Shown here: piece by piece, positions 8,599 through 17,375 of the stretch | How positions within the stretch are numbered: the first letter of the stretch is position 1 | How the letters are laid out: each line of letters opens with the position of its first letter | From: an uncultured Alphaproteobacteria bacterium | Lineage (GTDB): Bacteria; Pseudomonadota; Alphaproteobacteria; Rhizobiales; Hyphomicrobiaceae | DNA: 64,000 nt | Direction of reading: 5' to 3' | Assembly: GCA_963741565.1 (NCBI GenBank) | Contig: CAVUIK010000014.1 | Location: 10,550 to 74,549 of the forward strand | Position numbers and translations under genes: made by a program | The notes under the pieces: generated by a model | Told to the model about the DNA's origin: nothing | What the model saw: only the letters and a program-made list of their open reading frames with translations | The model's database searches: none

Positions 8599-10311
8599 GC
8601 TCGGCTCCGGACAACTTTCACGGCGGTTGCCGTATTCGATCTGATAACCTGACGCTTCTTGAGATGGTTGCCGACCACGTCCCAGATCGGCGGGCCTTGC
8701 GTCGCCTCGTTCACCGAGGCCCAACCCGCGACGACATAGACTTTGGCCGGATCGATTGGTGTGCCGGTCTTCAAGTGCGTCATCCCCGAAATACGCTGGC
8801 CCATCGGTTTGTCTACGTTGATCGTATAACCCATTCCGGCAACGCGAACCATGTCACCGCCCTGTTGATAGTAGGGATCGGGATTGAAGAGGTTGTCGGC
8901 GACGTCTTCGAGGATCATTTTGATCATCTCGCCGGTCATCGGCGTCCGATAGGTGCTGGGATAGCTGATCGCGGTGGCGTTGTAGACCTCCTCCCAGTGG
9001 ATGGACTGACCGGGCAGGATCGAGGTGCCCCAACGGAAGCCGGGCGAGAAGGAAATCTCGGCATCACGCTCGGCCAGCAGTGCGTCGCCGATCATATCGT
9101 CGAGCGTTCCATTAAAGTTGCCGCGCCGATAGAGCAGCGTCTCGGCGCGGGCCAGCTCGGTCTTGAGCATGGCCTCGTGTGGTGCGCGGACGCTGGCAAT
9201 CAACGCGGCCATCTCCGGGTCCGGGGTGATGGCGTCCGTCAAGACGGGAATCAAAGCATAGCTATGATCGGACATTCGGCCATCGCGCATCTCGATGTCG
9301 AGCCGAGAGAGAAATTTTGTGTGCGAGCCGGAGGCGACAAGCAACGTCTGGCGAACCTTGACGGGGACCGGGAGAGCGTCATGGGTGTGGCCGGTGAGGA
9401 TAATGTCGATGCCATCAACGCGGCCGGCGAGCTTGCGGTCGACGTCAAATCCATTATGCGACAGCAAGACCACGAGTTGCGCGCCACCTGCGCGGGCGGC
9501 CTTCACGCTCTTTCGAATGTCACTCTCACGAATTCCGAACGACCAGTTGGGCATCATCCATCGCGGGTTCGCGATTGGCGTGAACGGGAAGGCTTGGCCG
9601 ATGACGGCGATCTTGATCCCGGCCTTTTCGATCAGCTTGGTAGATTGGAATACCGGCTCGTCGAATTCGGTGTCACGGATATTGTTGGCGAGGAATGTCG
9701 TGCGGAGCTGACCCGGGCGATACTTGTCGCCGAACAGGGCCCGCATGCGCTCGTGACCGAGGGTGAACTCCCAGTGGCCGGTCGTTGCCTCGAAGCCAAG
9801 CGTGTCGAGGACGGCGGCCATATCTGCGCCGCCTGACTTCATGACCGTGTAGGAGCCGTGAAGTGTATCGCCACCATCGAGTAGCAAGGTCCGGTCGGCG
9901 CCGCGCTCGGCCCGGATCGCCTTGATCAGGGTCGCCATACGGTCCATGCCGCCGACGCGGCCATACGTCTTCGCGAGCTCAGAAAAATCGACGTCCGTCA
10001 GTGCGTACTGGAGATGCGAGCCGGGTGCGATGCCGAAGGCTGAGAGATAGTCCGCGCCGGTGATATGCGGCGGGTGGCCGTAGACGTCGCCGACCCCGAG
10101 ATTGACGGACGGCTCGCGGAAGTAATGCGGCATCAGCTGACCATGACAATCCGTCATGTGCAGGATGGTCAGCTGGCCCTTCGAACTCGAAACGCAAGAG
10201 ATCGGCTTGCGTGATGCGCTGCTGCGCCGCCAAACGGGCCACGCCGCCGGTTAACCCAGTGAGCGCACCTGTGGCGATCGCGACCTGCAGAAAATCCCGA
10301 CGGGAAAGCAT
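8595..10311 (-). pseudogene. soxB: soxB (thiosulfohydrolase) split by a 1-nt frameshift between the Tat signal and the catalytic body
   Basis: The frame from 10311 encodes MLSRRDFLQVAIATGALTG...ADLLRFEFEG (twin-arginine signal). A frame offset by 1 nt encodes QLTILHMTDCHGQLMPHYFREPS...DGGDTLHG...GHWEFT... down to 8595. The switch is at the CCC run 10177-10179. It could be a sequencing indel. Confidence 0.8.
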
Positions 10312-10437
10312 CCAGCGCCTTGCTCATTAGTCCAGGATGGACCCGCGACCATCCACAACTCGCAGACACTAGCATATTTGCACAACAGGCAACACGCATC
10401 GGTGTCGCCAACGAGGTGGGGTAGGCGAAGTCATTCG

Positions 10438-11997
10438 CTACATGGCGACCTGGATCAGATTGGGTCCTCCGGAAGCCAACCCGGCATCCAATGCTTTGGC
10501 GAGTTGCTCAGCAGTATCGACACGGGACGCCTTCACGCCCATGCCGCGAGCCATCGCGACCCAGTCGAGATCAGGACGGGCGAGCGACAGCATATCCACG
10601 GCGCGCGGACCCGGGTTGCGGACGCCGACGTTCGTCAGCTCGCCGCGCAAAATATTGTAGGTTCCGTTGGCGAAGATCAACGTCGTGATGTCGAGGCCCT
10701 CGCGCGCCATCGTCCACAGCGCCTGCAATGTATACATGGCACTGCCGTCACCGATCATGGCGATGACCTTGCGGTTGGGGCAGGCGATGGCAGCACCAAT
10801 GGCAACCGGCATGCCGTAGCCGATCGAACCGCCGCGGTTATTGATCCAGTCGTGGGGAGGGGCTCCCGCGGTCTCGGGGAAAAACTCGCGACCGGTCGTG
10901 ACACTTTCGTCGACGATAATCGCGTTTTCCGGGATTTTGGCGCCAAGCACGGAGGCGATCGAGGTGGGCGAGATCGCGCCCGTGGGGAGCGCGGGCCGGC
11001 GCGATGCGGCGATCCGGGCTGGCGGTGTCTTCATGGCGTCGAGTTCGATTGCCAGCGCTTCGAGGGCTGCCTCCATGTCGTCCTCGAGGCCGGCAAGCTT
11101 TGTCGACGTCGCGCCCTTCGGCATCAAGAGGCTTGGTTTTTCGGGATAGGCAAAGAACGCAACGGGCTCTCGCGCGCCAACCAGAACGAGATTGCCGGCG
11201 GCCTGCATCACGCGCAGCGCCTGTTCGACGACATAGGGAATGCGTTCGACCTGGACCCGGCCGGCGCCCCGTTCGAGGCGGGTGTTGGCGCCTTCCGTCA
11301 GGATGCCACAACCGGTCTTGGCGGCGATCCGCCCCGCAAGTTCGAGCGTGCGATGCCGCAAGGCTGTTCCGCCCATGAGCAAGGTTGCCTTTTCGCCGCT
11401 GCGCAACATGGCGGCGGCGGCCTTGACGGCGCCGTCCGAAACCTTGTTGGGAGCCGGCGCAGCAGCCGTCTCGGCGATGCCATCGGCGGGGCCCCATGCG
11501 GTGTCGGCAGGCAGGATCAGGGTTGCGATCTGTCCGGGTGTATGCCGCGCGGCATGAATGGCAAGCGCACCGTCGGCCGCGATGGTGCGCGAGTTCGGCG
11601 ACGTTTTTACCCAGTGTGACATAGGCCGCGCCACGCCCTCGATGTCGGAGGTGAGCGGCGCGTCGTGAGCGATGTGATAGGTCGCGTGTTCGCCGACAAT
11701 ATTCACGATCCCAGAGTTCGCTTTCTTGGCGTTGTGCAGGTTTGCGAGGCCGTTCGCAAGGCCGGGGCCGAGATGAAGTAGTGTCGATGCTGGTTTGTCC
11801 AGCATGCGGTAGTATCCGTCTGCGGCGCCCGTGACGACGCCCTCGAAGAGACCGAGGATGCAGCGCATGCCCGGCACCTTGTCGAGTGCCGCAACAAAGT
11901 GCATCTCGGATGTGCCAGGATTGGTGAAGCAGACATTCACATCGCCGGCGAGCAGTGTGCGCACCAGGCTCTCGGCTCCATTCATTTGCTCGGCCAT
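10438..11997 (-). CDS. thiamine-diphosphate-dependent enzyme, acetolactate-synthase large-subunit family
   Basis: 519 aa. ThDP motif IGDGSAMYTLQALWT...FANGTYN. N-terminal Pyr domain (NPGTSEMH). Confidence 0.8.
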   Translation of the reverse strand: MAEQMNGAESLVRTLLAGDVNVCFTNPGTSEMHFVAALDKVPGMRCILGLFEGVVTGAADGYYRMLDKPASTLLHLGPGLANGLANLHNAKKANSGIVNIVGEHATYHIAHDAPLTSDIEGVARPMSHWVKTSPNSRTIAADGALAIHAARHTPGQIATLILPADTAWGPADGIAETAAAPAPNKVSDGAVKAAAAMLRSGEKATLLMGGTALRHRTLELAGRIAAKTGCGILTEGANTRLERGAGRVQVERIPYVVEQALRVMQAAGNLVLVGAREPVAFFAYPEKPSLLMPKGATSTKLAGLEDDMEAALEALAIELDAMKTPPARIAASRRPALPTGAISPTSIASVLGAKIPENAIIVDESVTTGREFFPETAGAPPHDWINNRGGSIGYGMPVAIGAAIACPNRKVIAMIGDGSAMYTLQALWTMAREGLDITTLIFANGTYNILRGELTNVGVRNPGPRAVDMLSLARPDLDWVAMARGMGVKASRVDTAEQLAKALDAGLASGGPNLIQVAM

Positions 11998-12095
11998 CGC
12001 GAGATCGCTCCATCGTCAGGTTGCAGGATTGAAGGCGCGACCGCCCGGTCGATCGCCGCGAGCCGCTGGATTGCAGATTGTCTGTGCCACCGATC

Positions 12096-12113
12096 TTGCC
12101 CGAAAGTGGGCAA
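12096..12113. promoter_or_regulatory. palindrome TTGCCC-N6-GGGCAA in the divergent ThDP-enzyme/SDR promoter region
   Basis: Read directly from the sequence: TTGCCCGAAAGTGGGCAA. It lies between gene starts 11997 (-) and 12217 (+). The binding regulator is unknown. Confidence 0.3.
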
Positions 12114-12216
12114 AAGTCCAACGTCGGCCGCGCATGAACCCCGGAACAATTGACTAGGCTCCGGGGATGACCAGCCCTAACCTCCGACCGGACTTGGCCC
12201 CAAGAGGAAATGCGAG

Positions 12217-13011
12217 ATGATGCCAGCGGAATACGATGTGACGGGCAAGGTCGTTCTCGTTACGGGTGCGGGGCGCGGCATCGGCAAGGGGATTGCCCAG
12301 GTGCTTGCGGAGGCCGGTGCGGATGTTGCGATCAACGCACTGACGCCGACGTATGTCGAGGGGCTTGCCGCTGAGATGTCGGCGGCGACGGGACGGCGGG
12401 TCATTCCGGTGATCGCGGACGTGACCAAGTCGGACGGCGCCAATCGTGCGGTCGCGGACGTGATCGCCAAGCTCGGACGGGTGGATGTGCTGGTCAACGC
12501 GCTTGGCGACTCGATCAGAAAACCTCTCGTTGCGCTTCCTGGCACCGCGGGCAGTGGCACACCGATCTCCGACGACGATCTGCGCTTCATCATGGACATC
12601 AACTTGACCGAGGCGTTGTTGTGCACGCGCGCGGTCGGTCCGCACATGCTCACGCGCAAATCCGGCAAGGTAATCAATGTCGCGGCGTGGACCGCGCATC
12701 AAGGTGGACGGGAGATCGTGCTCTACACGACGGCAAAGACGGCGCTCGCCGGCTTCACACGCGCTCAGGCGCTGGAGTGGGCGCCATTCGGAGTGCAGGT
12801 GAACTGCATAGCGCCGGGGCTGTTTCCCGATGTCGTCACCTCCGGCGAGCAGCGCGTGCGCGAAACCGCGGAGCGGGCGAAGACGGCCGTGCCACTTGGC
12901 CGGCCGGGAAAGCTGCGCGAGGCCGGGCTGCTGGCGCTTTACCTTGCGTCTGGAGCGTCAGACTACATGACCGGCCAAACCATCCTGCTCGATGGCGGAA
13001 TGGGGCTGTAA
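12217..13011 (+). CDS. short-chain dehydrogenase/reductase (FabG-like)
   Basis: 264 aa. TGAGRGIGKG cofactor motif and YTTAK active-site motif. AAGAGGAAA SD upstream. Confidence 0.85.
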   Translation: MMPAEYDVTGKVVLVTGAGRGIGKGIAQVLAEAGADVAINALTPTYVEGLAAEMSAATGRRVIPVIADVTKSDGANRAVADVIAKLGRVDVLVNALGDSIRKPLVALPGTAGSGTPISDDDLRFIMDINLTEALLCTRAVGPHMLTRKSGKVINVAAWTAHQGGREIVLYTTAKTALAGFTRAQALEWAPFGVQVNCIAPGLFPDVVTSGEQRVRETAERAKTAVPLGRPGKLREAGLLALYLASGASDYMTGQTILLDGGMGL

Positions 13012-13045
13012 AGAGCCAGGACGCTGATGGCGGGACGAGCTTGAT

Positions 13046-14185
13046 TTAGAGCAACTGGTCCTGCTGGAGCTGCCAACCGTTGAAGGTCACATCGGCAAAC
13101 GGCACCTGGTCGACGGGAAGGTCTGCGTCGAAGGTGTTCTCGAAGACCGGCACCGAAGGGTGCTCGCCGAGGATGTCGCCGGCAACGAGATCGGCCTCGC
13201 CATTCACGACAGCAAGGGCTGTGAATTCCATCAGTTCCGTTGTGTCGTCACCGCCAAGCAGCGCCGCATCGAACGACGCGAGATCTGCGAGTGCGTCATT
13301 GACGACGGGGTTCAGGGCCACGATGTCCTGTGTGCCGTCGTCGTTGTCGATCGTCTGAGCGATCGCGCGGCCTTGGTTGTCGTAGGTCGTCGTGATCCGT
13401 GCCCATGGCATGCGATTGTCAGGATCGAGGCCGACGGCCGAAGAGACGATCCCGTTGGTGAATTCAATGGTCCAGGTTGTCGTGTCGTCGTCGACGCGGG
13501 TCTGGGAAACCGGAGTCCAGTTGGCATCGTACTGGGTCGTGAGCGTCGTCCAATAGCTGGCACCCGACGGATCCCAGTTGACGATCTGGTGCGTGCCGTC
13601 GTCGTTGTCGGTCATCTGCGTGACGAGGCGGCCCTGGTCATCATAAAAAGTTGCGACCTGCGACCACGTCATCCTGTTTTCTGGGTCGAGCCCAATCGCG
13701 GACTCCGGGCGCCCGTCGACGAACTGGATTGCCCAGACCGTCGTATCGTCGTCGGTCCGGGTTTGCGAGGTCGGGGTCCAGTTGGCATCATAGTTCGTGG
13801 TGAGGGACGTCCAATACTCGGTGTTGCCGGTGTCCCAGGTCACGATCTGGTGTGTGCCGTCGTCGTTGTCGATCGTCAGGGCGGCGGCAATACCTGCACT
13901 GTCATAGGTCGTCGTTGCCGTCGACCAGTCGACGCCATTGTCTGGGTCGACGCCAACCGCGGAGGCCGGCTTGCCGTTCGCGAAGTCGATCGTCCAGGTC
14001 GCGCCGGTGTCGTCGACTCGGGTTTGCGAGATCGGCTCCCAACTGCTGTTGTAGACGGTCGCATACGACGACCAGTACGCGCTGTTGGCGGGGTCCCAGT
14101 TGACGATCCGGTGCGTGCCATCGGGATTGTCGATGAGCTCGGAAATGGGGCGGCCTTGGCCGTCGTAGGTGATCGTCATAGTCAC
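13046..14185 (-). CDS. repeat protein: three full copies plus one partial copy of an 87-aa YD-like unit, then an acidic ~90-aa C-terminal region
   Basis: 379 aa. Units are aa 6-92, 93-179 and 180-266, plus a partial one. The consensus is roughly YDxQGR....DNDDGTHQIVNWD....YWT.LTT.YDANWTP.SQTR.DDDTT.W.I.F..G...SA.GLDP.NRM.W....T. No signal peptide. No family recognised. Confidence 0.7.
   Translation of the reverse strand: MTMTITYDGQGRPISELIDNPDGTHRIVNWDPANSAYWSSYATVYNSSWEPISQTRVDDTGATWTIDFANGKPASAVGVDPDNGVDWSTATTTYDSAGIAAALTIDNDDGTHQIVTWDTGNTEYWTSLTTNYDANWTPTSQTRTDDDTTVWAIQFVDGRPESAIGLDPENRMTWSQVATFYDDQGRLVTQMTDNDDGTHQIVNWDPSGASYWTTLTTQYDANWTPVSQTRVDDDTTTWTIEFTNGIVSSAVGLDPDNRMPWARITTTYDNQGRAIAQTIDNDDGTQDIVALNPVVNDALADLASFDAALLGGDDTTELMEFTALAVVNGEADLVAGDILGEHPSVPVFENTFDADLPVDQVPFADVTFNGWQLQQDQLL
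13316..14170 (-). repeat. diverged 261-bp coding tandem repeat (about 3.3 copies)
   Basis: Coordinates derived from the 87-aa periodicity of ORF 13046..14185. Copies are clearly related at the protein level but diverged at the DNA level. Confidence 0.7.
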
Positions 14186-14855
14186 GGGCTCGCTTGGATC
14201 GCTGGATCGAATTCAAAAGACGTCGAGGCGAGCGCAACGGTCCGGCACCGGGGGCGTGACTGTCCGCGAACGCTCATACAACTGAAAGGCGGTCGTCATT
14301 GCATGTGGGACTTCTTCCAAACGCCAATGTCGCTGAGAAATGTAACGCGACCGCTAAGATCGAAGTCAGCGGCGCTGGATTTGGCTTGGGGGAGAGCCGA
14401 TTTTCGAAGCTGAATTGTAGGGCTGACATCGAGCCGGCCGTGATCGGCGAGGGATGTCTCAAAATGTGCCGAGATTTCTGAAAAAATTCAGGTGTTGCCG
14501 TGGATCGATTGGAGCGGGCGATCAGGATTGTTCCGCAGGCTGGCAACATCAATGGCACAGCTCGGTTACGGGATTGAGCGCATGGGGCGAGCGAACCAAG
14601 GGTACCGGTTGCGGATTGTGAAGCTGACGGCGCCCAACCAGTCAAAACGGTAAGGGGATCGGCGGGCCGGAATGGGATCGTGCGCCACGCCCATTATGCC
14701 TATCGGGGGGCAAAATCGCCTGGATCACCAAGCCGGCTGGCGGGCTGTTTGCAAGCATTAGCATCGCGATCAGCCCCGGGCACTTGTTGCTGTCTGAGGC
14801 TTCCACTTCACACCTACTCGAGGTCCACCTGCAACACGATAGGATTTGAGCATGA

Positions 14856-15030
14856 CCCATCGAAACGCTGCTGATCGCATACCTCGGCACCTTTCTCGGT
14901 GCCCTTGGCCTTCCCACTGGCCTTCCTGGCGGCCCACCACGTGATGGCAAGCCACATTGTCCGATTCATGTCGCGCCGCTTCTTTGAAGCGATCCGTGGC
15001 GTCGACACGCTGATCTGGGCGTTGCTCTGG
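14856..15030 (+). pseudogene. internal fragment of a phnE-like phosphonate ABC permease (scar, one frameshift)
   Basis: Two frames read PIETLLIAYLGTFLGA, then LAFPLAFLAAHHVMASHIVRFMSRRFFEAIRGVDTLIWALLW. This resembles the PhnE permease core. There is no start, and similarity ends at 15030. Confidence 0.35.
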
Positions 15031-15047
15031 TCCCTGCCGCGTCGTCT

Positions 15048-15263
15048 CAGGAGAAACGCACCGTACGCCTTGGCCGTATTGAACTCGCTTTGCGTCAGAG
15101 CAATGCGGCTCTCGGGATCACCGACCACGGGCCGCGTAATGTCTCGGCGCGGGAAGCGGAAACGAAGATCTCCGGCAAGCAAGGTTCTCGCTCGCGCGAT
15201 GGGGCTATCCTTGCCGACGACGGATGGACCGACAATCAACGCGAGTATCCCGCGTTCGATCAT
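15048..15263 (-). pseudogene. 5' fragment of phnN-like ribose-1,5-bisphosphokinase (scar)
   Basis: The first 72 aa of ORF 14814..15263 (MIERGILALIVGPSVVGKDS...FPRRDITRPVVGDPESRIALTQSEFNTAKAYGAFLL) match the PhnN P-loop and RxITR pattern. The remainder of the ORF is unrelated low-complexity sequence. Confidence 0.45.
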
Positions 15264-15832
15264 GACGCCTCCGATCTCCGCTCGCGGTTCGTCTCCACGC
15301 TCATCGTGACAGTTCCGTGAATCTGCGGTCGCCTGCCAGCGCCAAACTTATTCACCCGTGGCCGAACCGCCCTATGTGCTCGAGCGTATTGATTTCGAGT
15401 CCAGCCAAGCGACCGTCCGCATGTTGCTCCTCACGAATCGATGGCCACCTCGGCGGCAACCAACCCTTTGCCTAGCGGGCCAGCGGAGGAGCCGCCCACA
15501 GCATCAGCCGGTGCCATCGCTCGGCCGATGAAGGAGTTGTGGACTTTCAGGTTCTTGGTAGGATGCAGGTTCTGTATAGGATAGTCGAATGTAGAGGGGA
15601 CGAGACGACGGCAACATCGTGGAGATTTGTCGGACGCTGGACTGATCGTGTCCGCCGCGTGCAGCGGGCCAGTGCCGGAGACGCGTCAAGGCACGACGTC
15701 GCGGGACGTAAGAAACTGGGGCGAAGCGAACTCTTCTATGGCGAATTGGCTGGGAAAGCGATGATCAGACCGAAATTTCATGCCTGCGGCAGCCGGCGCA
15801 GCTGGTTTGGCCTGTGCTGATCGGGCGACCGT

Positions 15833-17347
15833 ATGCGTCTTGAGCCTGTAGCCTCGATGACAATGCCCCGTCCCCTGCTCGAACTTCGAGGCCTCGGAAA
15901 GTACTACGGTGGCAGGGCGGCGATCAGCGATGTTTCGCTCTCCGTATTGAAGGGCGAGGCCCACGCAATCGTCGGCGAGAATGGCGCCGGCAAGTCGACA
16001 CTGATCAACATCCTGTCGGGAAACCTGCGACCTGACACGGGCAGCCTTCAGCTTGATGGGGCGCCGCTGAAACTCGCGAGCCCGGCGGCGGCGCGCCGCC
16101 ACGGCATTGCGGTGGTTCACCAGGAACTCACAATTATTCCGGCATTGACAGTGGCTGAGAACATTTGTCTTGGTCGGTTGCCCTCGCGCCGCTTTGGCTT
16201 CGTGGATTTTGCAGCCCTGCGTCAGACTGCTGCCGAGGCGCTTCGCCGGCTACACCTCGACATCGACCCGGACACGCTTGCCGGCGTGTTGCCGATTGCG
16301 CAGCAGCAGATGGTCGAGATCGCCAAAGGCGTCGCGAGCGGAGCCCGCATCCTGGTCATGGATGAACCAACCTCATCACTTGGGCCACGGGAGGCCGAGC
16401 GTCTATGGGTCGTAACGGCCGAACTTCGGCGTCAAGGCACGACCGTTCTGTTTGTCTCGCATAAGCTCGACGAAGTGTTGGCCAATGCTCAAACGGTGAG
16501 CGTTATGCGCGACGGCCGTCTGATCGCGAGCGAGGCGGCCGCCGGCTACGATATAACGCGTCTCGTCGCACTGATGGTTGGTCGCAACATCCCTGAGCAG
16601 GTTCAGCGTCGCACGGTTTCGACCACTGATACGGTGCTCCGCGTGCGTGGGCTTTCAAAGGGAACTGAGTTCATCGACGTCGGTTTTGACGTTAAGGCCG
16701 GCGAGATCATCGGGCTTTCTGGCCTTGTGGGTTCCGGTCGGACAGAAGTGGTTCGCTGCATCTTCGGCGCAGATCGACCGGATTCCGGCGAAGTCGAGTT
16801 CGCAGGCCAACGATTGCCGGGCGGCGATCCTCGAACAGCAATTGCAGCCGGGATGGGTTTTGTGCCTGAGAGCCGGAAAGAGCAGGGCCTGTTTTCCAAT
16901 CTCGCAATCGTCGAGAACCTGTCGCTGCCAACTCGGCATACCGGTCCGTTCGGGCTGCTCCAGTCGCGCAAGGAACGGCAAGCCGGAAACGACGGAGTTC
17001 GCGCACTCAAGATTAACGCGCGTTCGCTTGACCAAAGCGTCGCAACCTTGTCCGGGGGCAATCAGCAGAAAGTGATCCTGGCGCGCTGGCTGCGGTTGGC
17101 TCCGCGCCTCCTGATTGTCGATGAGCCGACACGGGGCATTGACGTTGGCGCCAAAGCCGAAATCTACGACATCTTGAGAGCGCAAGCGGAGGCTGGCCGT
17201 GCGGTTCTGCTGGTATCCTCGGAGCTGCCGGAACTCCTCGCGCTTTCTGACCGCATTATTGTCATGCGCGAGGGCAGGATCGCCGGCGAACTCAATCGCG
17301 CGGATGCAAACGAGGAGAGGCTCGGCAGACTTGCAATGGGATACTGA
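15833..17347 (+). CDS. sugar ABC transporter ATP-binding protein with two ABC domains (RbsA/MglA type)
   Basis: 504 aa. Walker A motifs GENGAGKST and GLVGSGRTE, signature LSGGNQQK. The start could instead be the ATG at 15857. Confidence 0.9.
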   Translation: MRLEPVASMTMPRPLLELRGLGKYYGGRAAISDVSLSVLKGEAHAIVGENGAGKSTLINILSGNLRPDTGSLQLDGAPLKLASPAAARRHGIAVVHQELTIIPALTVAENICLGRLPSRRFGFVDFAALRQTAAEALRRLHLDIDPDTLAGVLPIAQQQMVEIAKGVASGARILVMDEPTSSLGPREAERLWVVTAELRRQGTTVLFVSHKLDEVLANAQTVSVMRDGRLIASEAAAGYDITRLVALMVGRNIPEQVQRRTVSTTDTVLRVRGLSKGTEFIDVGFDVKAGEIIGLSGLVGSGRTEVVRCIFGADRPDSGEVEFAGQRLPGGDPRTAIAAGMGFVPESRKEQGLFSNLAIVENLSLPTRHTGPFGLLQSRKERQAGNDGVRALKINARSLDQSVATLSGGNQQKVILARWLRLAPRLLIVDEPTRGIDVGAKAEIYDILRAQAEAGRAVLLVSSELPELLALSDRIIVMREGRIAGELNRADANEERLGRLAMGY

Positions 17348-17375
17348 AAATCGCGCCTTGCGCGGTGACAAGGCG

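Noticed and set aside
12154-12702. 182-aa minus-strand ORF overlapping the SDR gene.
   Set aside because: It is antisense to a strongly supported SDR (TGxxxGxG and YxxxK motifs) and has an Arg-rich composition.
13316-14170. Possible CRISPR array or VNTR, because of the periodic sequence.
   Set aside because: The period is 261 bp. It is entirely coding in one frame, and the copies are diverged. There is no short repeat/spacer architecture. No CRISPR-like array was seen anywhere in the window.
14274-14645. 123-aa minus-strand ORF and other small ORFs in the 14.2-14.85 kb gap.
   Set aside because: They have no motifs, no SD and odd composition. The region is adjacent to the phn scars and is probably non-coding or decayed.
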